A stretch of 64,000 bases of DNA. Source: Phoronis australis. Taxonomy: Eukaryota > Animalia > Phoronida. The translations under genes and the position numbers were made by a program. Below, in pieces: positions 61,462-64,000 of the stretch (its first letter is position 1; each line of letters starts with the position of its first letter). Where the stretch lies: contig NMRA01000237.1 of NCBI GenBank assembly GCA_002633005.1, forward strand, positions 372,001-436,000, given 5' to 3'. The notes below the pieces were generated by a model, which ran no database searches, was not told the origin of the DNA, and was given only the letters and a program-made list of their open reading frames with translations.

Positions 61462-64000
61462 TACAGGTCCCTCATTTGTTGTTTATTTTATTTGTAGCTG
61501 ACTGAACAGGTATGTAGTTTATTCACCTACTGCACTTTTATCACATAAATTTGAGAAGTAAACATGTTTTCGAGTTGCGTTTAACTCAAGATATGGTTGT
61601 TCTCTGACAGGAGACACTGCACTTTGTTTCAAATTCCTTGAAGGTTGAAATAATCTTTTTGGTTTTCATGATTGCTATATTGGTATCTAAAGCTCCTTTG
61701 AACCCACTGTTTGGTAAAGAATAAATTTTCATTTAGACAAATAACTAAGTTGGCCTCAGCTTGTTCCTCACTCAGTTTAGTAGTGTCAGTTTCTGTGTTG
61801 AGAAAGAATGATTTTTATTGCCTGAGGCTAGGCTCAAAAAGTTGGCTCGACTTGGCAAGTCATTATTTGGGCTGCCCATGACCCCAAGCAGTACTGAACT
61901 AAGAGTTCTCCATAAACCTAGAAATAACGTCTAACCTGAGTGAGGAGCAAGTTGGGACCCGTTTTATAACAGTAAGTGGTCTTAAAGTTGCTGGATCCTA
62001 GTATTTTTTTACTATTTTTGATTGGTTTTGAATTGTTTGGGATTGAAACTGAAAAGATTTCTTGAGTTTTCACAATGATTTGAATTTTTCTGCAAACTTG
62101 TTGAGGTCATTGGCATTTGCTTGCCTGATTCAGAGTTGTCTGGGGACAGATTAAATTATTCCGATTGTTGTTAGAGAATGCAAGGACACTGTTGTTTAGG
62201 TAAAAGATCATGGTTCGTTTCGTGGTTTGAATTTGAACTAAACTTGGGTCCAGCAAGTTTAAGCTAAAATTTGGCTTTTTATGCAGAAGTTGGGTGGTTA
62301 TTGGAATTGGCCATGCTGTATAGTGAGAACACATTTCTTCACCTCACCTCTTGAACACGACAACTCTTCTGTGTAACTGATCACCGATTCCTGACACTGA
62401 CATGTATGACTTGCGAAACAATCCCCTCCAGAACTGGAACGTATTCAGAACACATATCAAAATGTCACCCGTTGTGACGACCTTTTTCATTCTGTAACAC
62501 TTCTAAAATCGTGCGACGATATCTACAACACAGCTTGGAAACTATAAAGCATAAGTGTAGTGCTAATTGTCTATCATGAAAAAATATGAAAATTAAGCTT
62601 CACTTGTTGGCCATATTATACGATGAAATTCTCGAGACAAAAGAGCCATTGTAGGAATCCCTAATAGTCTGGGTGAATGGTGAAAAAATGCTCAGATTGT
62701 GGGAAATTATGAGCATAGTCTATCAATATGCCAAGTTTCACACTTTTTATCACCTTTTGATCAATGTAAGCCTATTTCTTCACACTATAACCAGAATATA
62801 AGATTTTTTTTAATTTCACACTTTTTGCTAGGATAAAAAGCATAGTTGTCTCTGCTCTCTGTTTTTGGAAGATTGAATAAGTGGTACAGTTTTTTAGCTG
62901 CTCACTTTCAAAAAAATCGTCCGAGACGAAGAAAAATGATGCAAAATCTATTATTGTTGTGTACTCATCACTTGGCAAATTGTGGTATTTCAAGACTTTC
63001 TTACGTGCCTTTGTGCATCTTTTAAACAAACATGAGGCTGAAATTGATGTTTGTGAGTGATTTTTTTTAGTCTGAATGCATGACTCAGAACAAGTCTAGG
63101 TATAGAGAGCAGGCCCAACAATGCTTTTTGATCATCTAAGTTTTTAGTATAGTATTTAGAGTGGTGCAAAGGCTTGTCTTTGTTATGCAGTCAACATCTA
63201 ACTATAAACATGGTGATTTAATAGGGATTTGAACGACAACTCTGTAATCAATTATCAGTTACCTGGTTGGTTCTTTGTTGATAAAAGTGCTGTCATGATG
63301 TACTTGTACAACCTACCTGGTGCGTCTTTCATAGAGATAACACAGTTCTAGTGTGGGTCTGAAAAGGTAACAGAAAGAAGATTATTTAAATGTTACATTT
63401 TGTGAATATTTTACATTCAGATGAGAAGTGGGACCTTCAGCTGTGATTGTTTTGGGATGAATGGGCAGTGACGTAACTATTTGGAACATTCACAAAAACA
63501 AAATTATCTGCCCTCTTCCAAAAATATATTGTTTGGTGTCTGTATCTAATGTGGTCTCATACTTACCGTAATTCTTCACAAAATTCGTACAAAAATTGCA
63601 GCAAAATTGGTCATTTTTCCACTTTTCATTGACTGATTACCTTTTCTAAAATAATGGGAATTTAAACAAAAAAAATGTTTTATAACATCTAATCACTGCA
63701 AACTACACTTGCAGCTAGAGTGTTCTTAGTCTTTACTTTTGTGGAGAACTTTTAACAAAATAGAATTTTACTTGCCAGCCATCTTGTTTGGTTTTTGTGT
63801 GAAGAATTAGGGTACTTAGTTACTTATTACTTGTTGTTCATCTATCTCTGCTTATCTACTGTGTTGATAAAGGTTGTATTTTGTGAATTTGCCACCTGTT
63901 GCCTTATTTTGAAATTGTGTATAGACCAGCAGCAAGTGACAATGAAAAGCACTATTGAATTAGTTATCAAAGAAAAGCGACAAGTACTTCACAAAAGGGT

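Noticed and set aside
61590-63480. Candidate acceptors at ~61610 and 63420 for the missing half of the last Ig domain
   Set aside because: Phase-0 translations show no D-x-G-x-Y-x-C motif and stop early; the partner exon is probably beyond the window.

Overview
This is AT-rich, intron-rich animal DNA, probably from an invertebrate. It carries an internal part of one + strand, multi-exon gene for a giant I-set Ig-domain muscle protein. The best family match is MLCK/MYLK-SPEG-obscurin/UNC-89-like; no kinase domain lies in the window. I traced 22 GT-AG exons by hand, and their splice phases join into one open frame with 8 complete and 2 partial Ig domains; four of these are 30-44 nt micro-exons absent from the ORF track. 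The locus seems to have several isoform switches: a tiny alternative last exon near 1.6 kb, a 2.3 kb alternative last exon (Fn3 plus a ~680 aa acidic tail) at 44.6-47.0 kb, candidate internal first exons and start codons, and a CArG/MEF2/E-box/CRE cluster at 32.2 kb. The introns hold a Helentron-type non-autonomous element with 8 CTCF-like motifs, several MITE families (one nested pair), minisatellites, and two N-junction duplications that are probably assembly artefacts. Most short ORFs in the track are spurious.
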